32,000 nucleotides of DNA from Vibrio alginolyticus NBRC 15630 = ATCC 17749 (lineage in GTDB: Bacteria > Pseudomonadota > Gammaproteobacteria > Enterobacterales > Vibrionaceae). Made by a program: the position numbers and the translations under genes. This document shows, piece after piece, positions 1-7,842 of the stretch. The stretch is from contig NC_022359.1 in NCBI RefSeq assembly GCF_000354175.2, positions 570,001-602,000 on the forward strand, given 5' to 3'. Position 1 is the first letter of the stretch; each line of letters starts with the position of its first letter. The notes under the pieces were generated by a model that made no database searches, was not told the DNA's origin, and saw only the letters and a program-made list of their open reading frames with translations.

Positions 1-222
1 TCATGAGGTATTTACCTCATACCCTGACACGAACTCCGTGTGCGCGCATTAACGGATAAAAGGGCCCTTGAGTCTAATGATTAAAATCTATCATCTCGAT
101 TATGATTTGTTGTCGTCGCTACGTGTGAATATTTGTTTACCGAAGCGTCCATTCTGCTGTTATAGTTGGTCTGACCAGTAAGGATTCGGTCATGAAGCAT
201 CTCACTAAAATAAGGACATATT

Positions 223-984
223 TTGCAGCTGCACAGAATTCAGGGGTACATTCAGACCATGTATCTCGCCGAATATTCCGATAAATTATTGTTGCTTGAT
301 GGTGCCAGTCGAGCAGACATCCCTCATCTTAAAGACTTTATTGAACATCAACTCCATCGTCCTTTTTCTGACCTAAAGTTGGTTGTTGTGACCCACATGC
401 ATCCAGACCATGCTGGTGGTGCGCACAAACTACGTGATTTAACAGGATGCAAGCTATTGGCCGCAAAGCGAGAGAACCAGTGGTATAGCGGTGTAGACGG
501 TTGGCTAATGCATTTGACCGATTTGATGTTAGCACGCTGGATGGCGAATCGGATGCGTAAACCAAAGCAAAACCTGTGGTATTCCCGCAAGCTAAAGCCA
601 GATATTGAACTTATTGATGGACAGTTTATTCCTGGATTTGATGATTGGCAGGTGCTAGAAACGCTAGGGCATACCGACCGAGATCTGTCGGTTTATCATT
701 CTGAACAAGATGTGTTGTATGTGGCGGATTTAATGGTGCAGGTGAAAAAGCATCTGATTGCGCCGTTTCCCATATTTCATCCGAATCAATATCGGCAATC
801 ATTAAAGCGTGTGTTTGAGATGAATCCGCAATGTTTGCTTTTGGCACATGGGGGAGAGGTGACTTTGGATGAAAAAGCGTATCAGCACATTTTGAATACA
901 GCGCCGACTAAGCCAATGACGCACTGGCGAGTGACAAAAGTTAAAGCGAAGGGATTGTTGTTTGCGTTATTTCGTAGGAAGTAG
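223..984 (+). CDS. MBL-fold metallo-hydrolase (beta-lactamase-like superfamily)
   Basis: 253-aa ORF with the HxHxDH zinc motif (THMHPDHAGG). An in-frame TAA at 211 forces the TTG start at 223, which has AAGGA 6 nt upstream. Confidence 0.8.
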   Translation: MQLHRIQGYIQTMYLAEYSDKLLLLDGASRADIPHLKDFIEHQLHRPFSDLKLVVVTHMHPDHAGGAHKLRDLTGCKLLAAKRENQWYSGVDGWLMHLTDLMLARWMANRMRKPKQNLWYSRKLKPDIELIDGQFIPGFDDWQVLETLGHTDRDLSVYHSEQDVLYVADLMVQVKKHLIAPFPIFHPNQYRQSLKRVFEMNPQCLLLAHGGEVTLDEKAYQHILNTAPTKPMTHWRVTKVKAKGLLFALFRRK

Positions 985-1050
985 GCGAAGATAAAGCCAG
1001 ACGAGTGATGCTCAACAAAAACGTTCGATCACTCATCTGAAGCTACGGGG

Positions 1051-1479
1051 TTAAGATGCCAATAAGTGAGATTGGCTAGGATCAACGAGCACTTTGTCTG
1101 CCATGCCCTGACGACCTAACAACATCATGTAAGTCATTTTTTCACGGTTAGTCAACGTAATGTCGATTGGCCATTGTTGGTCGCCCATACGCAGCATCGT
1201 TGTGATCACGCAGCGGTGCTCAAAAGTACCGTTAGAAGATTTAACCTTACGGTTTGCTTTTAGTTTCGCTGTGCAGCGAACCACTTGTTCTAAATGGTAT
1301 ACATCTGGGTGCAGATCGAATGCAACATAAGACTGACCATCTTTTTCAAAGCAATCAATATTGTCTACATGTAATGAAGAGGTTTGAGCGCCTGTATCAA
1401 TACGCGCTTCAAGGTGAGTAATCCCTAACTCTGGCAAGCAAATAGCTTCGGCATTCCCAATGATCATTTTCTGATTCAT
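1051..1479 (-). CDS. RimK-associated retropepsin-like protein (putative ATP-dependent zinc protease family, PF05618-like)
   Basis: 142-aa ORF 65 nt downstream of rimK on the same strand. It has a D-T-G aspartic-protease-like motif (RIDTGAQTSSLH). Family assignment is from recall of rimK neighbourhoods, not a search. Confidence 0.7.
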   Translation of the reverse strand: MNQKMIIGNAEAICLPELGITHLEARIDTGAQTSSLHVDNIDCFEKDGQSYVAFDLHPDVYHLEQVVRCTAKLKANRKVKSSNGTFEHRCVITTMLRMGDQQWPIDITLTNREKMTYMMLLGRQGMADKVLVDPSQSHLLAS

Positions 1480-1501
1480 AGTGTCATCCTAGCGACGAGT
1501 A

Positions 1502-1530
1502 ACAAGAGAGCCGGCTTTTGGCTCTCTTGT
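1502..1530 (-). other. Intercistronic perfect 11-bp stem-loop between rimK and the downstream gene
   Basis: ACAAGAGAGCC-N7-GGCTCTCTTGT. No U-tract follows on either strand, so it is not a canonical terminator. Confidence 0.5.
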
Positions 1531-1544
1531 GCGTTAAACAAAAA

Positions 1545-2450
1545 TCAACCTTTACCGCGAGTACGGTTTGAATTTGGCTTAGCGTTTTTCTCGATAAAAT
1601 CGAAGATCATACCTGCAATGTTTTTACCAGTTGCTAGTTCGATGCCTTCTAGACCAGGGGAAGAGTTCACTTCCATTACCACTGGGCCATTTTTAGATTG
1701 AAGGATATCCACACCACAAAGGTTCAAGCCCATCACTTTCGCTGCATTTACAGCGGTCGCACGCTCTTCTTTGCTCAAACGCACGAGTTGTGCAGAGCCA
1801 CCACGGTGAAGGTTAGAACGGAACTCGCCTTCCTTTGCTTGGCGCTTCATTGCGGCAATCACCTTATTTCCGACAACAAAACAGCGGATGTCCGCGCCTT
1901 TTGCTTCTTCGATAAATTCTTGCACCATGATGTTAGCTTTCAAACCCATGAAAGCTTCAATCACACTTTCTGCCGCTTTATTTGTTTCAGCAAGTACAAC
2001 ACCAATGCCTTGAGTGCCTTCTAGCAATTTAATCACTAGAGGTGCGCCACCAACGTTTTTGATCACGTCCTGAATGTTGTCAGGATGGTGAGCAAAGCCA
2101 GTGCGTGGCAAACCGATGCCTTTACGTGATAGCAATTGCAATGAGCGCAACTTGTCACGAGAGCGGCTGATCGCGACAGATTCGTTGACACAAAATGTAC
2201 CCATCATTTCAAACTGACGTACAACAGCAGTGCCGTAAAACGTAATAGATGCCCCAATACGCGGAATAACAGCATCGTATTGCGGTAATTCTTCACCCTT
2301 GTAGCGGATCTTAGGGTTGTTGCTCGTAATGTCCATATAACAGTGAAGCGTGTCGATCACATCGATTTGATGCCCACGTTCTTCACCCGCCTGTTTTAGG
2401 CGCATGGTTGAATATAAATTCTCATTACGAGAGAGAATAGCAATACGCAT
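1545..2450 (-). CDS. rimK: Ribosomal protein S6 L-glutamate ligase RimK (ATP-grasp)
   Basis: 301-aa ORF with strong end-to-end resemblance to RimK (MRIAILSRN..., ATP-grasp core, basic C-terminal tail). Confidence 0.93.
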   Translation of the reverse strand: MRIAILSRNENLYSTMRLKQAGEERGHQIDVIDTLHCYMDITSNNPKIRYKGEELPQYDAVIPRIGASITFYGTAVVRQFEMMGTFCVNESVAISRSRDKLRSLQLLSRKGIGLPRTGFAHHPDNIQDVIKNVGGAPLVIKLLEGTQGIGVVLAETNKAAESVIEAFMGLKANIMVQEFIEEAKGADIRCFVVGNKVIAAMKRQAKEGEFRSNLHRGGSAQLVRLSKEERATAVNAAKVMGLNLCGVDILQSKNGPVVMEVNSSPGLEGIELATGKNIAGMIFDFIEKNAKPNSNRTRGKG

Positions 2451-2750
2451 GGCAATTCCTTAGTAAGTCAGTACCAAATTAAAATATAAGTATAGAGCAT
2501 AGAATGCAGTAGGCAGGTGATCATGTTATGACATAACCTACTTACTTCAACGATTTAGAATTGTGGTTGAACAACCACGTCGTCAGAGGTGCGCACCTTA
2601 GGGCGTTTTTTTGTGAGATGAAAACGAAAAAGCATCGTCGACACGACAAAAATATTTTATCGAACGCTCACGCCTTGCGGTATGAGACTGTCAAGGGTGA
2701 GATAAATAAAATTGAGCAAAAATTTCATCGCTTTGTCACGAATTATCGCT

Positions 2751-2774
2751 TAAAAAAGCGGCCAATTTGACCGC
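2751..2774 (-). terminator. Rho-independent terminator of the TetR gene
   Basis: Minus-strand RNA GCGGUCA-AAU-UGGCCGC followed by UUUUUU. The stem has a G.U pair that becomes a C.A mismatch on the + strand. It abuts the TetR stop codon. Confidence 0.65.
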
Positions 2775-2779
2775 TGTTT

Positions 2780-3394
2780 TTAGCTGTTTTGATAGTGACT
2801 TAAAAAAAGTTCCGCCGTTTGGGTAGCTAACAGCCTAGATTCTTCATTCGACAAAGAGGGGCGAATTCCCATTAACTGCGGCCAGAATGCACTGCCTTTA
2901 AGTAAGTTGTGCAATTGAGTGCTTGCTATATGTACATCATCAATTTGCAAAGCGCCACTGTTCGATTTCTCAGTAAGCCAGCGGTACAGGGCGGTTTCCT
3001 GTTTCGACATTTGTTCTGCTTGTTCTTTGAGATCTTCCGGCTTAAATAAGAAGTGCCCAAATGCCACTTTTGCCAGCTCAATATAGTTTGGTTCCGTCAC
3101 CACAATGATCTCGCTGTAGAGTAATTCAATCAATTGATCTTTAAGTGGCAGAGTGGCCAAGCGTTTAATATCGCTTTCCATCATTGACGAACGCCAAAGC
3201 TCAGTCAGCAACTCCGTCACGATCGCTTCCTTAGAAGGGAAGTGATTATAGACCGTGCGCTTAGAGACTTGTGCGATTGAAGAGAGCTTATCCATGCTGG
3301 TGTTTTGCACTCCAAACTCTTGAAACGCTTGCCTTGCCGCGCACAAGATGGCTTCTCTTTTGGTTTCGCTACGACTTTTTCTTTTTACATTCAT
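2780..3394 (-). CDS. TetR/AcrR family transcriptional regulator
   Basis: 204-aa ORF with an N-terminal TetR HTH (REAILCAARQAFQEFGVQNTSMDKLSSIAQVSKRTVYNHFPSKEAIV). Confidence 0.9.
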   Translation of the reverse strand: MNVKRKSRSETKREAILCAARQAFQEFGVQNTSMDKLSSIAQVSKRTVYNHFPSKEAIVTELLTELWRSSMMESDIKRLATLPLKDQLIELLYSEIIVVTEPNYIELAKVAFGHFLFKPEDLKEQAEQMSKQETALYRWLTEKSNSGALQIDDVHIASTQLHNLLKGSAFWPQLMGIRPSLSNEESRLLATQTAELFLSHYQNS

Positions 3395-3441
3395 AAGCTT
3401 GCTAAGTTAAGAAGATCATTTCTTGATCTATTTTACACTAA

Positions 3442-3494
3442 GTAGTTTACTTTTGATAATTAGAATGTAAACTGCACCGTGTAGTTTACTTTTG
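3442..3494. promoter_or_regulatory. Candidate TetR operator in the divergent promoter region
   Basis: 14-bp direct repeat GTAGTTTACTTTTG at 3442 and 3481. Between the copies sits the inverted 7-mer GTAAACT (3467-3473), giving AGTTTAC/GTAAACT inverted pairs. A TAGAAT -10-like hexamer lies at 3461-3466. Confidence 0.4.
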
Positions 3495-3510
3495 TTCGGG
3501 TTAACTTTTT

Positions 3511-4563
3511 ATGAAAAAAACTTTGCTAGCCACAGTAGGAGCGTTCGCGATGGGTACATCCATGATTTCTTGTTCTAATGTTGATACTGAAAAAGCGCCA
3601 ACATACCCGGACAAATTTGCAAATACAGAGTTGGAATACAAAAGCGGTTTGGGCGACATGTTCGAAATCATGAAAGCGTATTTTACGACTGAGCGCCTTA
3701 ACCCAACACCAACGATTGAAATTCCAGTGCATGCGATCACAGCGCAGCAGCTGTTAGAAGAGCACGATGACGTCATCTATCGTCTGGGTCACTCAAGCGT
3801 ATTAATGAAGCTCGATGGAAAACTGGTGATGACCGACCCTGTATTCAGTGATCGCGCGTCTCCTGTGAAATGGGCTGGGCCAAAACGTTTTCACAAAACT
3901 CCCATCACGATAGAAGATTTGCCAACTATCGATGTGGTGGTGATCAGTCATGACCATTACGATCACCTAGATAAAGCTTCTATTAAAGTGCTAGGCGACA
4001 AGGTGGGCACTTTCTTGGTGCCGTTAAAAGTGGGGCAATTACTGGTTAACTGGGGGGTGCCGAAGGAGAAAGTGATCGAGCTAGATTGGTGGGAGTCACA
4101 TTCTGTCGACGGCATTGAATATACATTGACTCCGACTCAGCATTTCTCCGGTCGAGGTTTGACAGACCGCGATACGACGCTGTGGGGCAGTTGGGTTATC
4201 AATGCACAACAACACAAAGTGTTCTTCAGTGGTGACTCTGGTTACTTCAATGGCTTTAAAGAGATTGGCGAAAAGTACGGTCCATTTGACTTCACCATGA
4301 TTGAAACAGGTGCGTACAATGAACTCTGGTCAGACATTCACATGTTCCCAGAGCAAAGCGTTCAAGCACACATCGATGTGCAGGGCAAAGTTATGATGCC
4401 GATCCATAACAGCACGTTTGATTTATCGATGCACGATTGGAATGAACCGATGCAACGCGCGTTAGACATCAGTGAAGAGCGCGGTGTAACGTTAGTTAGC
4501 CCTGAGATTGGTCAACGCTTGGCGATTGCGGAGCCTCAGCCTGCTCGGGCATGGTGGCAATAA
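3511..4563 (+). CDS. MBL-fold metallo-hydrolase lipoprotein (NAPE-PLD-like family)
   Basis: 350-aa ORF with a lipoprotein signal peptide and lipobox (GTSMISC). HxHxDH motif ISHDHYDHLD. Confidence 0.8.
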   Translation: MKKTLLATVGAFAMGTSMISCSNVDTEKAPTYPDKFANTELEYKSGLGDMFEIMKAYFTTERLNPTPTIEIPVHAITAQQLLEEHDDVIYRLGHSSVLMKLDGKLVMTDPVFSDRASPVKWAGPKRFHKTPITIEDLPTIDVVVISHDHYDHLDKASIKVLGDKVGTFLVPLKVGQLLVNWGVPKEKVIELDWWESHSVDGIEYTLTPTQHFSGRGLTDRDTTLWGSWVINAQQHKVFFSGDSGYFNGFKEIGEKYGPFDFTMIETGAYNELWSDIHMFPEQSVQAHIDVQGKVMMPIHNSTFDLSMHDWNEPMQRALDISEERGVTLVSPEIGQRLAIAEPQPARAWWQ

Positions 4564-4610
4564 TTGCTGAGCTAAGCAGCCAAACACCAGAATAGTTAAG
4601 TCACTTATCA

Positions 4611-4665
4611 GTAGTTACTATTAGTAGTTAGTAGTTAGTAGTTAGTAGTTAGTAGTTAGTAGTTA
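4611..4665. repeat. Heptanucleotide tandem repeat (GTAGTTA)n
   Basis: Six perfect contiguous GTAGTTA units at 4624-4665, one more unit at 4611-4617 separated by CTATTA, and a partial TAGTTA at 4593-4598. Confidence 0.95.
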
Positions 4666-4693
4666 CGTGGCCAGGGATAAGGATAAAGGTGCG

Positions 4694-5038
4694 ATGAAAG
4701 CAAAGTGGACGTTGTTACTTACATTAAGCATTCTGCCTACCTTTGCACTAGCAGGGGTAGAGCAAGATATCTCGACGTTGATAAAACGAGTTGAGCAATC
4801 CTCTTGCACTTTTATCCGCAACGGCAAGTCGTACACTAATCAAGAAGCAGCAGAACACATGCGCAATAAATGGGATTACGCCAAAGATGACGTTGATTCC
4901 GTGGATGTGTTTATAAAAGAAGTTGCGTCGAAAAGTTGGTTATCTGGCAAACCATATTGGGTGGATTGCCAAGAGGAACGCATTACCAGCGAAGAGTGGC
5001 TAACATCATTGATGCGCACCACCGATCACATCCAATAA
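4694..5038 (+). CDS. DUF5329-like secreted protein
   Basis: The track ORF starts at GTG 4667. ATG 4694 gives a canonical signal peptide (MKAKWTLLLTLSILPTFALA) and has AAGG upstream. The CTFIRNG...EAAEHMRNKWDY pattern resembles DUF5329 (from recall). Confidence 0.7.
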   Translation: MKAKWTLLLTLSILPTFALAGVEQDISTLIKRVEQSSCTFIRNGKSYTNQEAAEHMRNKWDYAKDDVDSVDVFIKEVASKSWLSGKPYWVDCQEERITSEEWLTSLMRTTDHIQ

Positions 5039-5905
5039 CACTTCTTTGATGGTCTGATAGCGCAGAGGTAGAGCACGACTGCGCTTACGAACCAGAAATA
5101 GCTCTTCACATACAGTGTTTTTCAGTTGAGCAATGTATAACGTGTCTTTTAGTGGAAAATTGTCGACCGCACTTTGAGGCAGCACGGTGAAGCCAAGTCC
5201 TTTGCTGACAGGCAGCAAAATTTGGCTCAATTGATTTACGTAGCCGGATAATGGTAAATCGCTCATCTTAATTTCTTGGAGCTGTGGTTCTTCACATTGG
5301 TCAAAAAACAGCGTCATGTAATGCTCGGCATCAGGGTGGCTAATGACACCACAGTCATGCAAGAGTTGTGGCGTTATCTGCTTATTTTGATATTGCTTTG
5401 GCAGAACCAAGCACAACCTCTCTTTACCAATTCGCTCACTGTGAAACAGACCTTTGTTGGGAACATCAGTCACGATACCAATATCAATGTGCCCTTGCGT
5501 TATGGCGTTGAGAATAGATTGATTTGGCGCGGCTTCTAAATGTAACGATAAGCTCGGGTGCTGTTTTTGCTTCTCCAAAATGGGCCCATACAACATTAAC
5601 GCCATTGCACCAGAACAAGCCAGTTTACAATGGCCTGAAAACGCATCATCAAAACTGAGCTCTTCGAGCAGCTTCTTTTCTCTATCTTCTAACTCGAGCG
5701 CATATGCGTAGACAATCCTGCCTTGCTCGGTTAATTCGAAGCTTTTGTTTTCGCGCTTGATCAAGGCATGCTGACAACTTTGCTCTAATTTTTTGATGTG
5801 TTGGCTGACGCCAGGCTGAGTCATAAAAAGTTTTTCTGCCGTTTGCGTAAAATGACCGACTTCAATCAATGTCTTAAATGTATGTAACCAAACAGGATTA
5901 AGCAT
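5006..5905 (-). CDS. LysR family transcriptional regulator
   Basis: 299-aa ORF with an N-terminal LysR HTH (FKTLIEVGHFTQTAEKLFMTQPGVSQHIKKLE) and a substrate-binding domain. Confidence 0.9.
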   Translation of the reverse strand: MLNPVWLHTFKTLIEVGHFTQTAEKLFMTQPGVSQHIKKLEQSCQHALIKRENKSFELTEQGRIVYAYALELEDREKKLLEELSFDDAFSGHCKLACSGAMALMLYGPILEKQKQHPSLSLHLEAAPNQSILNAITQGHIDIGIVTDVPNKGLFHSERIGKERLCLVLPKQYQNKQITPQLLHDCGVISHPDAEHYMTLFFDQCEEPQLQEIKMSDLPLSGYVNQLSQILLPVSKGLGFTVLPQSAVDNFPLKDTLYIAQLKNTVCEELFLVRKRSRALPLRYQTIKEVLLDVIGGAHQ

Positions 5906-5986
5906 AGTGTGTGATTTTCTGAGAGCTTTGTTGGGAGACGTAAAGAAAATGATAGCACGGTGTTTTATGAAAACAGAGAAGACTTA

Positions 5987-6007
5987 AACGATAAAAGATG
6001 AATCGTT
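5987..6007. promoter_or_regulatory. Inverted repeat AACGAT-N9-ATCGTT, candidate LTTR-type box upstream of the LysR gene
   Basis: Perfect 6-bp arms about 80-100 bp upstream of the LysR start. It is compatible with an A-N11-T/T-N11-A style site, but this is a motif-level match only. Confidence 0.3.
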
Positions 6008-6020
6008 ATCAATACATTAC

Positions 6021-6058
6021 AGACAAAATAAAACCCCGCCTGGTTTCCCAGACGGGGC
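6021..6058 (-). terminator. Rho-independent terminator of the CsrB-like sRNA
   Basis: Minus RNA CCCCGUCUGG-GAAA-CCAGGCGGGG (10 bp including one G.U, GNRA loop) followed by UUUUAUUUUG. The G.U becomes a C.A mismatch on the + strand. Confidence 0.85.
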
Positions 6059-6317
6059 TTATTCTTTTTCGCAGCAATCCAGCTACTAATAGGTGCTCCC
6101 TGCATCTATCCTTGATTGTGGCTAAGTCCTTTAACCGAGTTCCTTGTTCATCGCCTTCCTAGCGGTGTCCATTCTTGCCTATCATCCTGACGGGCGAACT
6201 CTATCCTAGAGCTTAACTACATCCTTGCTGACAACTCATCCTAAGTTATCAAATCTTCATCCTGAAGATACCCAATCCTTTAGGCTTTTTTCCTGTTCCC
6301 GCCAACATCCTGTCGAC
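6025..6317 (-). ncRNA. CsrB-family (CsrB/CsrC/CsrD-like) CsrA-sequestering sRNA
   Basis: 16 GGA triplets in about 250 nt on the minus strand, 8 of them AGGAT at 15-21 nt spacing, some in hairpin loops. The 5' end reads GTCGACAGGATG like E. coli csrB. The 3' end is a strong terminator, and there is no ORF. Confidence 0.8.
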
Positions 6318-6477
6318 AAATTGAGTATTGATGTTTTGCTGATTTGACTCAATTAACTTTTCTAAATTATTTTTACTGATTATTTTAAGTGAATTTAAAT
6401 ATTACTTTTAAATCATATATTTAATGTTTTTTCTGGCATTGCTCTTAGAGGTGATTAATCTATTTGCTCACAACTCT

Positions 6478-6495
6478 TGTAAGAGATCTCGCACA
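6478..6495 (-). promoter_or_regulatory. VarA/UvrY/GacA-type upstream activating box
   Basis: Minus strand reads TGTGCGAGATCTCTTACA, against the TGTAAG-N6-CTTACA consensus. Its centre is about 170 bp upstream of the inferred sRNA 5' end. Confidence 0.7.
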
Positions 6496-6949
6496 AGTTT
6501 GGTGGTGAATGTATTAATGTGCGCTTTTTGTTCCGAGTTCTGTGGATTGAACTGGATCACAATGCGTTAAAAGGGAGACGATAAAGATGAAAGTGAATTG
6601 ATCTTGAGTAGAGATTTGTTTGAAAAGAAATAAAAATTCTTGCGGTTTTTATAAACAGTATGGTAAATCTGAAATGCCCACCTTGTTAATCCTTATTAAG
6701 ATTCAATGACAGTATAAGTAGGGAACTTGATTGCCATTTTTCTGTCATATCTGGTGAGTAAGTTAACTGTGTCAGATAGATAATATGCCGTTTGCCAGTA
6801 AAAACAGGCTGCAAGAAATCGGTAATTATCATTATGTTGTGAAATTGGTCACGGTTAAATGATTGATTCCCTTATAGATTGAAGGGGATACGACCTTAGA
6901 CAATAAGCTCCATGAGGAGCGTTACTTATATAAGATGAGGGACTTTACT

Positions 6950-7036
6950 ATGAAAAAGACTAGAAGAGCTCAGCTACATCGTGTGCGTATTCAATACTGG
7001 AAAGACACGAAAGACGCACCAGCTAAAAAATCATAG
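6950..7036 (+). CDS. Candidate 28-aa basic small protein (MKKTRRAQLHRVRIQYWKDTKDAPAKKS)
   Basis: ATG preceded by GAGGG 8 nt upstream. Too short to judge coding potential, and I recognise no family. Confidence 0.3.
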   Translation: MKKTRRAQLHRVRIQYWKDTKDAPAKKS

Positions 7037-7159
7037 TTAATTATACCTAAAGGCACGAGCTGGCTGTGGAACGCAGTTTCCCGTTGATTGCCAGCTCAAA
7101 AACGCCACAATCACTCCGCGCAACTTCCCAAGCACTCTATTTTTAATATCGCATTCTTC

Positions 7160-7190
7160 AAAAAATAAAAAAGCCAGTCTTAAGACCAGC
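7160..7190 (-). terminator. Rho-independent terminator of yggL
   Basis: Minus RNA GCUGGUC-UUAA-GACUGGC (two G.U pairs, so the stem forms only on the minus strand) followed by UUUUUUAUUUUUU. Confidence 0.7.
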
Positions 7191-7237
7191 TTTCTCTACC
7201 ATTTACTGAGCTCTGCGTATTACAGGTTGCCCTTTAG

Positions 7238-7576
7238 TTACAGGTAGTTGGCGTCAACTAGTTCGCCCGCTTGCGCGCTTTTCACTTCTGGGCGTGCTTC
7301 TAACCATTTGATAACTTGCGCTTTCTGTTCTTCAGTCGCACTGCCGTAACGGTCAGTAGAACATAGGAAGCCTTCAAACAGTTCTAGACCACCGCCACCG
7401 AAGCAAAGACCAAGCTCGTCAATGTAGTCGATAAAGTCATCAACGAATGCATCGTAACGGTCGAAGTCGTTAATGTCTGTTTCACAGCTGATCTCGAAAC
7501 CTAGGATTGCGAACTCACCTAAGAACAGCTTTTTACGGATACGACGGCTCTTGTTACCGATCTTGTCTAATTTCAT
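7238..7576 (-). CDS. yggL: YggL family (DUF469) 50S ribosome-binding protein
   Basis: Resembles E. coli YggL (NKSRRIRKKLFLGEF..GF.., acidic middle, C-terminal KWLEAR). I moved the start to ATG 7576 (MKLDKIGNKSRR), which matches the family N-terminus. The track ORF extends 17 codons further. Confidence 0.85.
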   Translation of the reverse strand: MKLDKIGNKSRRIRKKLFLGEFAILGFEISCETDINDFDRYDAFVDDFIDYIDELGLCFGGGGLELFEGFLCSTDRYGSATEEQKAQVIKWLEARPEVKSAQAGELVDANYL

Positions 7577-7842
7577 GATTATCTCTCGTAGATGATTTGA
7601 TTTCGTACACCTTATACCTTCTATCACACTTTAGCCCAAGTAAAATCAGAATGAAGCGATACAGTTGGTGATTATGTGACCAGAATTTAATTGCTTCGTT
7701 AGCTGTGTTGGTTGGTTTGCAGTATTGTTGAAACACAAGTTTCATATGTTTTAAGCACTTTTGTCATTTTTCTTATCCAAACTTCTTGCCGTTCAACTAA
7801 TCACTTATTTATTAATTAAACTATAAGATCGGGAAAGTAAAA

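Noticed and set aside
1-21. Inverted repeat ATGAGGT-ATTT-ACCTCAT at the extreme left edge.
   Set aside because: It is truncated by the window edge with no flanking context or T-tract visible, so it cannot be assigned to a gene or a strand.
2561-2770. A 69-aa + strand ORF between rimK and the TetR gene.
   Set aside because: It has a TTG start with no SD and a basic, low-complexity composition, and it runs into the TetR terminator. It is most likely promoter/leader DNA of rimK.
4611-4665. The tandem repeat as a CRISPR array or coding repeat.
   Set aside because: The 7-bp units have no spacers, so this is not a CRISPR. The period is not a multiple of 3 and every frame contains TAG or TAA, so it cannot be coding.
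5006-5038. A 33-bp convergent 3' overlap between the DUF5329-like gene and the LysR gene, as possible antisense regulation.
   Set aside because: The overlap is real in the ORF coordinates, but short convergent overlaps are common. No terminator or structure suggests a dedicated mechanism, so it is noted only.
7761-7778. Pho box upstream of phoX (TTGTCATTTTTCTTATCC).
   Set aside because: Only the first 7-mer matches CTGTCAT (6/7) and the second repeat is poor (2/7). PhoB control is biologically plausible, but the sequence alone does not support it well enough to list as a feature.
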